In this document: piece by piece, positions 1 to 12,529 of the stretch
How positions within the stretch are numbered: position 1 is the stretch's first letter
Layout of the letters: every line of letters starts with the position of its first letter
Assembly (NCBI GenBank): GCA_051362555.1
Contig: CM120643.1
Location: 8,990,001-9,054,000, forward strand
DNA length: 64,000 nt
From: Lingula anatina
Taxonomy: Eukaryota; Animalia; Brachiopoda
Reading direction: 5' to 3'
The notes under the pieces: generated by a model
Told to the model about the DNA's origin: nothing
Database searches by the model: none
The model's input: the letters and a program-made list of their open reading frames with translations, nothing else
Translations under genes and position numbers: made by a program

Positions 1-1010
1 TAAGTACCTCCTTTTTTGTATTGTTGGATTTTACTTCAAACTTATGGAAAGTTAACATTTGTATATTTTACGTTTGGTCATAATATTTCAATTTCAGAAG
101 TAAAATATTGAATAGACCATTAATAATGGTGCCTAATTACCTAAAGATGTTAATGAAGAATCTATTTTATTGTGCATACATGCATTAAAACATTTTAAAG
201 CTTAAAAGCACATCTGCATTTAGTTACAAAATACTTGTCTGAAAAAACTTGCAAATTAAGAATTATGTATATATGAATACAAACATGATATGTCTTTGTT
301 GTACCTTTAACGCTGATCTTCCAGATTTATTTTTAGAAATGGTGTTATGCTGTATTTTATGTATTACCTCGTACATATATTTTTTTTATTGATGATGTAT
401 GTATGATACCCTTTTGGATGATAAATAAACGTGAGTGAAACTGATTTTTTTTTATACCGAGTTGATTGTGTTTTCAGTGGTGGATACACGTGTCAAGGGG
501 GAGCTGAATTAAGTGTCTGGTTTCCAGTTTCTTTAATAAAAACTAACCTGGAAATTAACCAAAAACTTGTCGTTTTTCAAAAAACGCACCTGGCAACTAA
601 GAACTGGTTTCGTTTTTAAAAACGATTCCGGTGTTTCATTATCTGAAGTTATCTGATGAAATAAGTCCGTACGGTGCATGAATGTTTGTTTCTTTTCAAT
701 TTGGTTAAAATACCAGCACTTGGCCGATTTTGATAGTTTATCGATTCACTTTCCATCTTGATATTTAATTAACATTGTACCATATTTTAACAGATTACTC
801 ACCCACATTGACTATCCATCTTGTATGCTTTTGACAAAGCTGAGCAGTAAATGTTCAGAGTAGTATAATCTTTATATCCATGACATTTACCCTAGATTCC
901 CGTATTGCCAGCTCGATCTTGATTTCATATATAACCCATAGTAGCAATACCAGGGTCTAGCGAACAGCAGCAACTCGGGGGCGTTCTTCTTCAAAATTCT
1001 TCCTGGGGCG

Positions 1011-1072
1011 CTTCCATATTTGGAAGTCACACGTCACAGCTGTGTCCGCCTGGATCCATATTTGGAAGTCAT
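1011..1072. promoter_or_regulatory. Pair of CArG boxes (candidate SRF sites) in a 17-bp direct repeat
   Basis: CCATATTTGG at 1014-1023 and 1056-1065, both within tccatatttggaagtca; matches CC(A/T)6GG. Function not shown. Confidence 0.35.
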
Positions 1073-2910
1073 AAGTCTCGTACATCAGGTTTGGCCGCCT
1101 GGAGCTGCCTTTCCTGCCTTGCGCTGAATTTTCGTGCAGGCGAGACAAGAAGCAATTAAAGTGCCTGACGCGGAGTTAGAAGTTTGAATTGAAAATATCT
1201 TGCAGTCGAAGGTCAGTGCCACAATACAGGCAACATTCTGCTGTAAAAACTTATTTTCGTGTAGCCATTGCGCAGCCCTTATAGTGGTATCGGGCACGCA
1301 GTGTAGCTGTCAAATTTGGCACACGGCAAGCACGTGTATTGTGCACGTGTATATCTCAGAACTAAATGTTCTTTGATAAGCAAAAAATACAAAAACATTG
1401 GATATATCTTTTCTTTCCGAAGCATATTATTTATTTTTTCACTTTACATCTTAAATACAGCAAATAAAATTAAATAAAGCAGAATTAAATTTGTTTTACG
1501 TTTTATTTTGGTCTAATGACATTCAACTGCAGATTCACTGCGGAGCAGTTCTATTTGATTGACGGAAACCTAACATGGCCGCTGGTCTTCAGTGCTAGTA
1601 AAAGCGACTCCACCACAAGGTATATTTAGCAAGCTAGCTTTTACGTTGCTCTGACACTCAGGGTATGACATTGTAAAATCACATAAATTTTTAATTTCAA
1701 ATTCAATTTTTCCTTAGGTGTCCAAGCTACACCAACTATCCATCATATTGCTCTCTACAAACAGTACATTAGCTTATTCATCAATCTTCTCATTAGCATA
1801 TTTATTGACATACCAGTTAAGATATTCATTAATGTTATATGTAAAATTCTCGTATGACTATTAAGATCCAGAGAGAGAGCATGCATATTTGGGTAGATTT
1901 AAACATTTCATTGCTCTCATTGAAGACTAACAGAATTTTTTTAAAGTTGTGATTATTGAATTGACTTTGGAAAAGTGTAGGCTTGGTTGGCTCTTTCTGA
2001 GCCAATATATGATATTGAATACTATGATGCAGCACACTATATGAATAGCTATATTACACCCCATGTTTGTTGATATAGGACCAGCAAACATAGGAAGCAC
2101 TACTGGTACGAGCACTGGAACAGGCACAGGCACGGGAGGTGTCAGGCCATGCCTGGACATTCTTCCCAACTGCAATGAGTACAACTTTGCCAAGGCCTGC
2201 ACAGGACAGTAATTGGGATGGGCCGTGAAGAACTGTGTCAAGACATGCGGACTGTGTGGTTAGTGTTTATATATGTAATATAATGGAGCCTCAACAGGCC
2301 AGTGTGACAGCAGGGGTGGTTCTCCTCATCCATTTCCCAATACTTTGTACAGGTGACATTTGTCCCATATGCTAACCCCAACCTGTACCAATTTTATTGG
2401 ACCCAGAACTTCCATTCCTAGGATAACCATTCCTGTCAAAATGGAAAAAAAATTTTTGAGTCATTCAAGGTACATGCTGTGAAACTACGCTTTCGCATGA
2501 AACTTGTATTTCATTGATTAAGCAAAACATTTGTCTTACAATTTGTGGGTACCATTTTTCTTATTTTCTAAGAAAAGATAATATCCATATTGATAGACTT
2601 ATAACCTCATTTTTCGTCATTATTTTAGACTACCTCACAGCCACCCCGTTGCCAACAGATGGCTGTGTCAACAAGCTGTCCAACTGTGATCAGTTTGAGG
2701 ACTCTGCATGTACTGGACCATACAAGGCCTGGGCTAAAGCAAACTGCCCAAGAAGATGTGGTCTGTGTGGTAAGTGTGCAGCTTGACATGGAATTATTTG
2801 ACGATGAAGAGTGAATAAATACATTATTTTCAATATAGATTGGAAAGATACCAAATTATCAACAGTGCTTTGAATTAGAGGGATTCTTCTGTGGGTGTAG
2901 ATACAGTAAC

Positions 2911-3124
2911 ACCCCATTTCCATAGATTAAATCGACCTACTTTAGATCGACCTAACTCCCTGGGGGTTCATGCTAAATAGCTGTCAGCCGGGCGGACACG
3001 AAAGTTAATTACCTCCTTACAGCTTGTAGTAGGCGGGACGGACATTTAAGTCGGATTATCTGAAAGTAATCTAGTGAGACTCCCCGCGGGGATAGATCGA
3101 TCTAAAATCTATGGGAATAGAGCC
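2911..3124 (+). mobile_element. MITE family A copy (intron of ShKT gene)
   Basis: Imperfect TIRs (ccccatttccatagat ... atctatgggaatagag); close inverted copy at 14975-15186. Confidence 0.75.
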
Positions 3125-3867
3125 TTAGAGTGGAAATTCTTTGCTTCCCTGTCAAAGTGATTGTGCAAACCTGATATTTTTATTATCAGTCCAAACTATT
3201 CAAAAATATTTTCCAGATGAGCTCATCAAGATGATTTCACCTTTAGGTTCTACAATCTTGTTTTTAAAGGACAGCCCTAGACCAGGTTGCCACAGGAGTT
3301 GTGGATGCACAAAATTGATATGGCAGTTCTGTATTTTAATATGAAATTATTATCAGTCTCACAAATCAAAAACTTTTTTCAGACTTGCTGAAACCAACCA
3401 CACCATCCCCAGATGGCTGTGTAGATTTGATAGACTGTGAACCCTACACCAAGTCTGTCTGTACCAATCCAACCTACATCCCATGGGCCAAGGCAAGATG
3501 TGCCAAATTCTGTGGATTCTGTGGTAAGTTTGACAGGTTTATCATGGTAGATTTTAACTGAATGGGTAGTATTTCATTTTTTTCAAGTAATTCTTTCTGT
3601 TATTCACTACATATTATTCATTTATGTAAGATCAAGGTATAAGTTGAACATAATTTTACCATAGTACATTCTAACAAATTGTCCAGCTAGAGCCCCAATG
3701 TATGTGATGCAATATATCCTTTCCTTTTGGCTCCCTTTCCTCAATTATTGGTTGGCACAGGTTATTATTATTATAATTGTTGTTGTTAACATTATTATTA
3801 CAGGTAGTGGCTCAGGCACCAGTGAAACTGGTTCTGGCACTGGCAACAGTGGTTCTGGCGCAAACCC

Positions 3868-4098
3868 AGGTGGTGCAGGATCTGGCACAATCACCGATGG
3901 TACAGGATCTGGCACAAACCCAGGTGGTGCAGGATCTGGTACAAACACTGGTGGCACAGGATCTGGCACAATCACTGGTGGTACAGGATCTGGCACAAAC
4001 ACCGGTGGTGTAGGATCTGGCACAATCACTGGTGGTACAGGATCTGGCATAAACACTGGTGGTTCAGGATCAGGCATTACTGGTGGTGGATCAGGATC
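3868..4098 (+). repeat. Coding minisatellite, 27-bp unit (GGTGSGT[I/N]T)
   Basis: About 8 copies of ggtggtacaggatctggcacaa(tc/ac)act within exon 4 of the ShKT gene. Confidence 0.85.
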
Positions 4099-5944
4099 CA
4101 TAATCAATGGTCAAAGTGAGCATTGCATTTTTATTGGAATTTTTCTATTTCAATATTAAAATAAGAATGCATAGTATAAAGGATACTGGCTGAAGTATAT
4201 CCTAATCTTTGAAAGTGTGAGTTTTTAAAAAAAATTTCAATATAAAAACTGTGATTAACAGAGTTTACGTAGGTTATTTCACAAACCAGGCAATAATTGT
4301 CAGCTGCATTCTTTTAAGCTGATTTTTGATTTTTTAGTTTCTTTTCAGGTGGCTACTGTTTATACAACGGAATCCAGTACACACAGGGACAAACGTGGCG
4401 TGATAAGTGCTTATACTCTTGTACCTGTACAAACGCACTAACAGGAAACTACAATTGTCATACATTGTAAGTATGGATCAAGGCAGTTTTAAAAAGATTT
4501 TTGGTCATGTTTATGATACAATAAAATAACCTGAATTGTATTTTTCCATTGTCAAATATAAAAAGTAAAAGAAGATACATGTATTAGTCCATGAATTTTA
4601 TGCTTCATGGAATTTTTAGTGTCAAATAAAATTTAAGATACATAAAAAAACAGGACTACAGAGGATATGTTGAGAAAGTTGTACTTTCTTCAAGATTGAA
4701 AAAGCATGCAAGTGTCATCAGTATTTATTTCGCAGAACTTGAAATTTTAATTGTAAGAAATTCACCATCCAAATGAAGCACTGTACAAAACAACATTGGA
4801 AATTGTTTCATGTTATTTATCAATTCACTTGTCCATTCTTTGTTTTAGATGTCCCCAATGGCAGCTCCCATCAGTCTGCTCCTTGAGGCTAGGTCCAAGC
4901 TTGAGGCAAGCACCCGCCGGCAAGTGTTGTCCAATCCCATCCTGTCCATCCTACATAACCGTCACCTATCCCGGAGGGCTAACAGAGGCCACACTGCCAT
5001 AATTACTTGACCATTACAGTGATAAACAGGACTGACCAATGGACATTGTTATATTGACCTCAGACCAGTGATATTTATAGGACATATTTACAAAGATATC
5101 TTTGCGCAGAGAGAAAAAAATTTACAAAAAAAAAAAAAAGGATTTTGCATTTAGATAACAAAAAGTATTAGGACATTTAGAATTAAGCAGCTGACCTATT
5201 GATATTTTGTAAAAAAGTATAAAAAGACTGGCATATTCCATTTTGTGGTAGTTCTTCAGCTGATTTGAAATGTCACTTTTATTATTTGTAATGTCAGTTT
5301 TAGATTTGTTCCTGACTAAATGTATAGCACAGCAAAACAGCATTTCTTATTTTCATTGAAAGACTGCTTAATCGTCTAGCACATTTTTTTTCAGGAAGGA
5401 TAAAAAAAAGCATTTGAATTTGAATTTAACAATTAGGGGTAATCATTAGCATTGTTACTAATATCATATCAAAATGAAATATTAAAAGATTTGTGTGGGA
5501 ATTTTAGTTTTATTATGTTTATGGCATAAGTTGGATCTGACCTCATGGGCGAAATCCACATGATTTCATTGTTGTGCCCGAAACCACTATTAGATCCAAG
5601 TCCACTGCAGAAGTAGTCGGCCGTGCTGCTCTATCCACAGAGGCTTCCTCAAAGGTTGTCTTCCATAACCTAATCGGAGTTTTATTTCATTATCCGGAAT
5701 TTTCATAATGAAATTTATCAGTACGGTGCACGCATGTTTTTATTTCAATTCGGTTTTAATACTAGTACTTAGTCGATTTGATAGTTTATCTATTCACCTT
5801 TCTTCAATTCTATTCTATTCTAATAATTATTTGATCATTACATTTTACATTATAGTAGACTGGTGTAGTATTTTAAAGTCGTTTTACATGGTTTTTAGCT
5901 TCATATGATTAACAGGTCAAAAATGACAGTTGACCGTGTGCAGA

Positions 5945-6075
5945 CTCCACATGAGTTTTGGCCGGAGATGAAAATTCTATCAGTCCAACGTGGGTTCCCG
6001 ATGGAGAAATCTTCGATTGTAGATCAATCACATCCACTTGTGCCTGTGTTTTGAAAAAACGTTCATAAGACGGTA
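5945..6075 (-). pseudogene. Degenerate von Willebrand factor A (VWA) domain fragment
   Basis: ORF 5909-6166 contains DVIDLQSKISPSGTHVGLIEFSSPAKTHVE, resembling the VWA segment (I.P.gT.VGli.FS). The DxSxS MIDAS motif and clear splice sites were not found. Confidence 0.5.
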
Positions 6076-8379
6076 AGGGCTGATAGTTTGATTTGCTTTC
6101 TAAATGTACAGTCGCAATGTAGGTGATGCATATATCAGATATAGACACTTTGGTTGGAAAGGGCAAATGTATAGGTTTACCGTAGTTCCCCCGAATTTCA
6201 CTGAAGTTCTATAATTAGCACAAAAAATTCTCGATTAGATTGGATCGCGGTTATTCTTAAAGGGAAACCGACATTTAATATTAATTTTACTGAAATTTCC
6301 TTCAACATCTGGACACTGACAAACATAATTCCGTAGCTTTCGTTGTGATGTTCGATGTGCAAATTCCATACATCTTATTCCTTCATGCATGTTGTATCTT
6401 TTGATGGAAAAATTCTAATTCCACTTTAACGCCTCACCTAGTATTGATTTTCAATGATGTTCTTGCATAAATAAAATTGAAGTGTTTAATTTTTTTTATT
6501 ATTTAACAAATTATCAATTAGTTAATTTATACGTTTATTTATTTACATACCTCATATGGACGCACCCTCCCTAAACTTTCGCTAAAACCAACGTTTGACA
6601 GCTATTACATGTAGACCGCTTTGAGACTATTACTATTGTTCCCAGTGGTCCAGATACCAAGAAGTGATATTTCCTTGTATGTTTACCTACATCTGCATTC
6701 GCTTGGATACCAAATAGCGGAGTGTCACTCAAGGCCAATAAAGATACTACGTAGAATGGTAATGTTCAGGAGGGACCACATAAACCTAACAGAAGACTAA
6801 AAAGATATATCCCTGTTTGAGGTTAGGTAAGGCCTGAACAAAATTAATGTAATATTGCCCATGGGTAAAGGTATGCCAGAAAAAGGGGCATCAGTATTTG
6901 CATATGTGCGGAAGACCGCTTTATCACCCTTTTTAGGAAATTACAAGGAAACCTCCGAAATGCTTACGGATATATACTCTTAATTTCAGTGCGCATGCGT
7001 TGGGCTGTTTCCAAAACAAGCCGTCCGGTAAATGTGACGTAAATCTGAACAGTGGTACCTTATGAAGGTCTCCCTGGAATACCTGTAAACTGACCAATGA
7101 CAGAGAGATTTTTAGTCGGGTCACCGACCTGCTGACTCTCTGTGTGCGTAGGCTGAATGAAATGATATGTAACGTCAAGATTGCATGACGAGTTATCAGA
7201 GATGCCAGAATAATGAACATTCATACTGTAAGTTGAAAAGTACAGACAGAGATTCCTTTGGAAGGATGGGACGGTGAAGACGGCAGTGATACCGAGGATA
7301 TAAGACATTTGTTTTACTTGTATGGAAGATGTTTGCGTCCAAGACATTTCGAGCTGATGCCATTTGATCTGGGGAATAAAACGGATGATAAATCTTGATG
7401 CAACAGGGAGCAAACTACCACGTGGCCACTGTGGAAAAAGATGGCCATTTCCACCAGGTTGGGAACAGTTAACCTTTGTCTTTTGCTTTTTGTACGGAAA
7501 ATGACACTTTGTGGAATGTTGAAGGTTGAGATTGAAGTGGAGGGGCTTACAACGAACGCGGTAGTAGCATAATGTTGATGTTGTACAGTAAATGGAAGAC
7601 AGGCGTATTTATGATAGTCAGGATATGCGTCACCAAGAAACCAGGGATAAATAGACTTGTGATTGACTTACATGTAAGTGAAACTATTATTGTCATGAAA
7701 CAAAATTATTCAACTGAGTCATTACTACCGTCAAAGCAGCCTCAATGTTTGTCTTAATCAATTGCTCCACATGCCTTCATATGACTAGATTCATATCATA
7801 TAGTACATAGCAGTAAATGCATTCTTGTTGAGAAAAACAACTCTGTTATCTGCATTGGTTTATATAATTGTAATGTGAATAAATTTGTTACAAATTCAAC
7901 TCTTTCATCGTCTGTATTTACCACACGTGGTCGACTTGTCGTCGTAATGTAAAATTGCTTTATTTATTTTACCCAAAAATGCCTCCAAATTTTGAATAAG
8001 AAATTGCGTTGAATCTATCATTCAGAGGTTACATAAAATTTACCGAATCTCTTGGTTTGAATAGTTGTAACCTCATAAAATAGAAAAAGTAATTCGTAGC
8101 TATATTTGTACCTTTAAAATATTTTCTTGAAACTGTTTAACTATGTTGCATTGCTAATTTCAGTTAAGATCGGTATTGATTGGAATCGGATGAAACAAAA
8201 CATATCTTTTAATCCCGCCTCATTATTTTTTAAATGAATTTTGCCCAAAAGTTTGGTTTATAACCATACATTGGAATCGAATAGAACAAAAAATCGATTG
8301 TTGCCTAATTAATTTCTGATAATTTTTTTCCAAAAAGTCAAATCTGCGCCGACAAAAACTAAAAAAACGTAGGGCAAAA

Positions 8380-8800
8380 ATTTGGGTGGGTTACCGGGTG
8401 AATAGAGGAACCGCCGGCATGTCAGATCTGAAGTTACAGGATTGATTCCTAAATACGGTAAATTTTGTTTAAAAAAAACGAGTATTCGTACCATAACTAT
8501 AAAGGCGAGAAACAAAGTTTAGGGTGGGTGGTTGGGTGAATAGAGCAACTGGTAACGTTGCTGACTGCGAACCAGAAGGTTACAGGATCGATTCCTAAAC
8601 ACGACACATTTTTGTAAAAAAAAAAAAAGAGTATTAGTCCCATAACTATAAAGGGAAGATGCAAAGTTTAGGGTGGGTGGTTGGGTGAATAGCGCAACTG
8701 GTAACGTTGCAGACTGTGGACCAGAAGGTTACAGGATCGATTCCCATGGAACATTCATTTTGTAGAAAAAAAGAATTTGACTGCATTGACTATAAAGGTT
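8380..8800 (+). repeat. Tandem array of three tRNA-like (SINE-head-like) units, period about 138-149 bp
   Basis: Units start near 8396, 8534 and 8683. Copies 2 and 3 carry an A-box-like TAG(A/C)GCAACTGG and a B-box-like GGATCGATTCC; copy 1 is more decayed. Each is followed by a T-run and an A-run. Cloverleaf stems are degenerate. Confidence 0.65.
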
Positions 8801-9191
8801 TCGTTTAATTCTTTGGGGCCAATGGCTCAGTTGGCACCACCACTGATTCTAAAGTTATAGAAAAAAGAATAGGAGATCGAAATGGACAAAGTCAGATGAA
8901 ACTTTTTTATTGTTATTTAAATTTTACTAAGACAAGCACTAGAGAGAAAAATATGAAATCTGTATAATTAAACAATGAAGACGTTGAAAGTTATGAACAG
9001 GCTTTATTCGTTAAACTGCAGTGATATTAACGCACAGCTCAAAATATACAATATCAAGGAAACAGCACTTAATGTGTTACTACAAAGGACGACAAGCCAA
9101 ACATCTGAGTTAGTCGGAGTAATCATAAGAATTACGATTCCCTGTGTAATGCAATTGAAATTAATGTGCACGCTCATCCAAACTCTAAATC

Positions 9192-9193
<2 letters not shown>

Positions 9194-9266
<73 letters not shown>

Positions 9267-9312
9267 CGCTGGTAATCATGATTCTTTATAAGGGCAGCCA
9301 GAAGTCGCAGAT

Positions 9313-9355
<43 letters not shown>

Positions 9356-9370
9356 TAATAATAATAATAT
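9194..9370. repeat. (TA)n and (TAA)n microsatellites
   Basis: (TA)n at about 9194-9262 and (TAA)n at about 9315-9370. Confidence 0.95.
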
Positions 9371-11051
9371 TAAGCGCAGCCCAAAGTTCGAAGTTTAAAA
9401 GGATTGTGAAATTCAAGTATAAAGGTTAAATATGTCAAATATAGGTTACATATGTTGGCTAAGAAGCTAAAATGGGACAATGTTGCCTTAAACTGTCAAG
9501 TGCACAAACTAGACTAACATAATGTACATAGACAATCACAATGAAAAAAATTACAACAGATTCGCTCAGTTTTATATATTGGTACAAAATGACGCTGACA
9601 AAACAGTTACTTTCTGTTAGGATGTTCGGTCAAAAAGTAGAAAAATAACTAATACCAGTTCCTTTCGTAATCGTATAGAAGTAAGCAAGGGTTGACAACA
9701 AAATTATACACACATTTGCACCCTGACGTGCACAGTTTGTGTACTGTCTCGCTTTTAGAAACCATTTTCTAATATTATGCCATACCTACTTAAAATTGGA
9801 AAAGTCAACTGGCAATAAGACAGTTAGACCTATAATTTCAAAAAGTGTCGATGGAATAGGAAGCGAAACAGAGTGTTCTGGCATACGGATTTTCAAATAA
9901 CCAATCCTGTTTTGAAATCTGGCACATTCTCTCACGTTAGGAGTCGCCGAAGACCCAAATTAAACAAAAATTGGTAAAGTGCTTTCTACATTTTGGTGGG
10001 ACAATATGTTACAAATATAGGGGCCGTGTAGTCATTTGCCTCGGGTTTTTGGCCTTACATGCTAGGCAATGCCTACTTACTGTAGTACCATTCAAGGCTG
10101 AAATCTAAGGCAAACAGTCACTATAATTCATACATATTCAATAGGCACGTACATAATTTGCAAGTTAACCCTTCATAACACTTAAATGTTAAGAAACATA
10201 TCAATTTTAACTGTTGGATTACAGGCTTATTTCAAACGTCCATACTCAGGATTATTGAAATCGAAAGGTGCATTTCAACTGTTGTAACTTCTCCATGGGG
10301 ACATATCTTCGTCTCTTGAATGCACTGGCGACTGAAATAACATATTTAAAATGAGAATTTTAGAAACACAAGAAATTATTCATTCCACGGTTTTAATTCA
10401 ATGCAGTAATTGTTCTCTTTCATATATATAGTGAATACGTTGTGTTTCTGCTGTTTACGCAATTTCCATATAAAAGTCTACATATATATCAATATTTTAA
10501 TATTTCAAGACTAGATATCGTCACAAATATTTACGAAATACAAGTCGAACTGGGCATTCCCTCTGTCTCTCAGCTAAAACAGATAAACTGCCAAAACTTG
10601 GGAGTTACATGTACATTTGTACTGTAAAAAGAAACCCTGGCATATAATACAATTTTGAAATCCTCCATCTTATTTCAAAGTGTTGTGCTCACGCATTTCT
10701 GCCTGTAGTGAGACACGCCGGTCAATCAACATGCAAACTGTAGACTACAAGTACATGTACTTACACGTTGTTGTTGTGGCCGGGAAGAGCAGGTAGCTTT
10801 GCACATACCAGGTACCATATTCTACCCACGAGGATCGTCATTTCGTCCTGATATCTTTGCCTAACATCATGGCTCCCTGAATGAATACTTGTCACTTGCA
10901 GTTGGCATAATTTGAATAACAATACTGTAACAGGTAAGGTTGGTCGCAGGCGCATGATTGTGTTAGAGAAGTTCTACCTGCCCAGGAACGAGCCGCGCCC
11001 GATTTAGAAATACACTCTATTCGAAGAGCTGTGTTTCCAGTTTGTTTTTTG

Positions 11052-11292
11052 TTACCTCCGCCAAGGAGGTTATGTTTTCACCCCTGTTAGGTTGTTTGTT
11101 TGTCTGTCATCAACATAACTCAAAAAGTTATGGACCGATTTTGATGAAATTTTCAGGAACTGTCAGAAGTGGGCCAAGAAACAGATGATTAGTTTTTGGT
11201 GGTGATCTGGATCAATAATCAATCAATAATCAATAATAATAAAACATTGATGCCTTGGCGGAGGTCTGCGCTCTCGGAGTGCTTTTCTAGTT
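11052..11292 (+). mobile_element. Short non-autonomous Helentron-type element (HINE/DINE-1-like)
   Basis: Starts TTACCTCCGCCAAGGAGGT, then a GTTT/GTCT microsatellite, 3' subterminal inverted repeat TTGGCGGAGGT, hairpin GCGCTC-TCG-GAGTGC and CTAGTT end. Confidence 0.8.
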
Positions 11293-12488
11293 TCTCTTGT
11301 AATGGAGACGTGGAATGGCGAATTTCTAATGAAGAGCTCCAAAATAGGTTTATACAGAATAATTTTCTGAATGGTATTGGATAGGGTATACCTTTGTGAT
11401 TTAGAGATCATTTCTGAAATCTTTATCTTTAATATCGATATATCCCTTGCTTAGTCTAATTAAGCCTAACCATTGATTTAAAAAGATGGAAAATGCAAGG
11501 AAAATCATGTAAAAGTTACACTTTGCGGGATTTACCCGCCAAAATGAAAATCCCTCGGGAAAAACATTGTTTCCTATTAGCAAATCGTTGCTTAAGCCGT
11601 TCCTGCATTTAGATTCGATGTTTTACTAAATTTTTTATTGAATGATTGGCCAGTCCTTTGGAATGTCATGTCTTTTTGTGCACTTCAGAAGTAACTATCG
11701 ACGTTAGGTACTTTTATCCGAGGGGTTTTACAGATTTAAAGGTCTGAATAGGGAAAGATAAGTAGCTTTGGAGAATAAGTAGACATTAAAATATGATTTG
11801 GGGTATTTTTTTTTCAAACGCGTACAGTATACATGAAAGATCAAAAGCAAGGGCTGTCAATACTACCAAATTTCTTCAAAGAGAAATTAGTTATATTAAG
11901 AGAAAAAAACTAGTCTTGCTCTGCAGAAGAAAAAAACTGGAACAAGGACGAGGTATAATAATAATAATCCGATATGTTTATTGATACTCCGCAGAACAGT
12001 TCAGATGCGCGTGAAAATAAAAAAAGTTCAAAATCTAACATTTGAAAGACTGGCAAGAACTGATAATAGACAAAATATGTTTTTTTTAATTGTACTGGGA
12101 AACTTTTTGACATTAGTGTCTTGTTTTCATCAAATTCCATCAAAAACAAATTCAGAGGTTGTAACAATTTTAAAAATGCAAATAATCTGCTGTCATTCGT
12201 GCACTTACGCACACGCGCATGTAACCACACTTTGTACTATGTCGTCTTGTTGATGTTTGCACACCAAATCGAACAGTGGCCAAATTTTTTTTCATGTTTT
12301 TAAGATTCCTGGCTGTTTTGACAATCGATGTTCTTTTTGAAGTTTTCTTTTCTTTGCACTAAATCCGAAAATAAATATTATACATGACGTAACTGTGGAT
12401 GAAAATTTACATTTGCAAACATTTGAATCAGAGGCGACATGTAGACATGGGCGGTTTACAAGATTATCCAAACCTTAGCCAAATTCAG

Positions 12489-12529
<41 letters not shown>

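Larger units (their letters stand above)
2079..5002 (+). pseudogene. ShKT (x3) + Gly/Ser/Thr-rich linker + VWC-like domain protein; 5' end not identified; premature TAA at 2210-2212 (pseudogene, null allele or base error)
   Basis: Six GT-AG exons in consistent phase: 2079-2258, 2629-2769, 3383-3523, 3804-4115, 4349-4466, 4849-5002. Exons 1-3 each encode a 6-Cys ShKT (CLDILPNC..C..WAVKNCVKTCGLC; CVNKLSNC..C..WAKANCPRRCGLC; CVDLIDC..C..WAKARCAKFCGFC). Exons 5-6 give CLYNGIQYTQGQTWRDKCLYSCTC...CCPIPSC, which is VWC-like. Stop TAA at 5000-5002. Confidence 0.8.

Noticed and set aside
2210-2212. Recoded stop (selenocysteine or alternative genetic code)
   Set aside because: The codon is TAA, not TGA, it aligns to Tyr, and TAA terminates the same gene normally at 5000-5002.
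3745-4107. Pro/Val/Asp-rich ORF on the - strand
   Set aside because: Antisense shadow of the Gly/Ser/Thr exon.
8534-8755. Functional tRNA genes
   Set aside because: Acceptor and anticodon stems do not pair properly and the T-loop reads ATCG rather than TTCG; kept only as a tRNA-like repeat.
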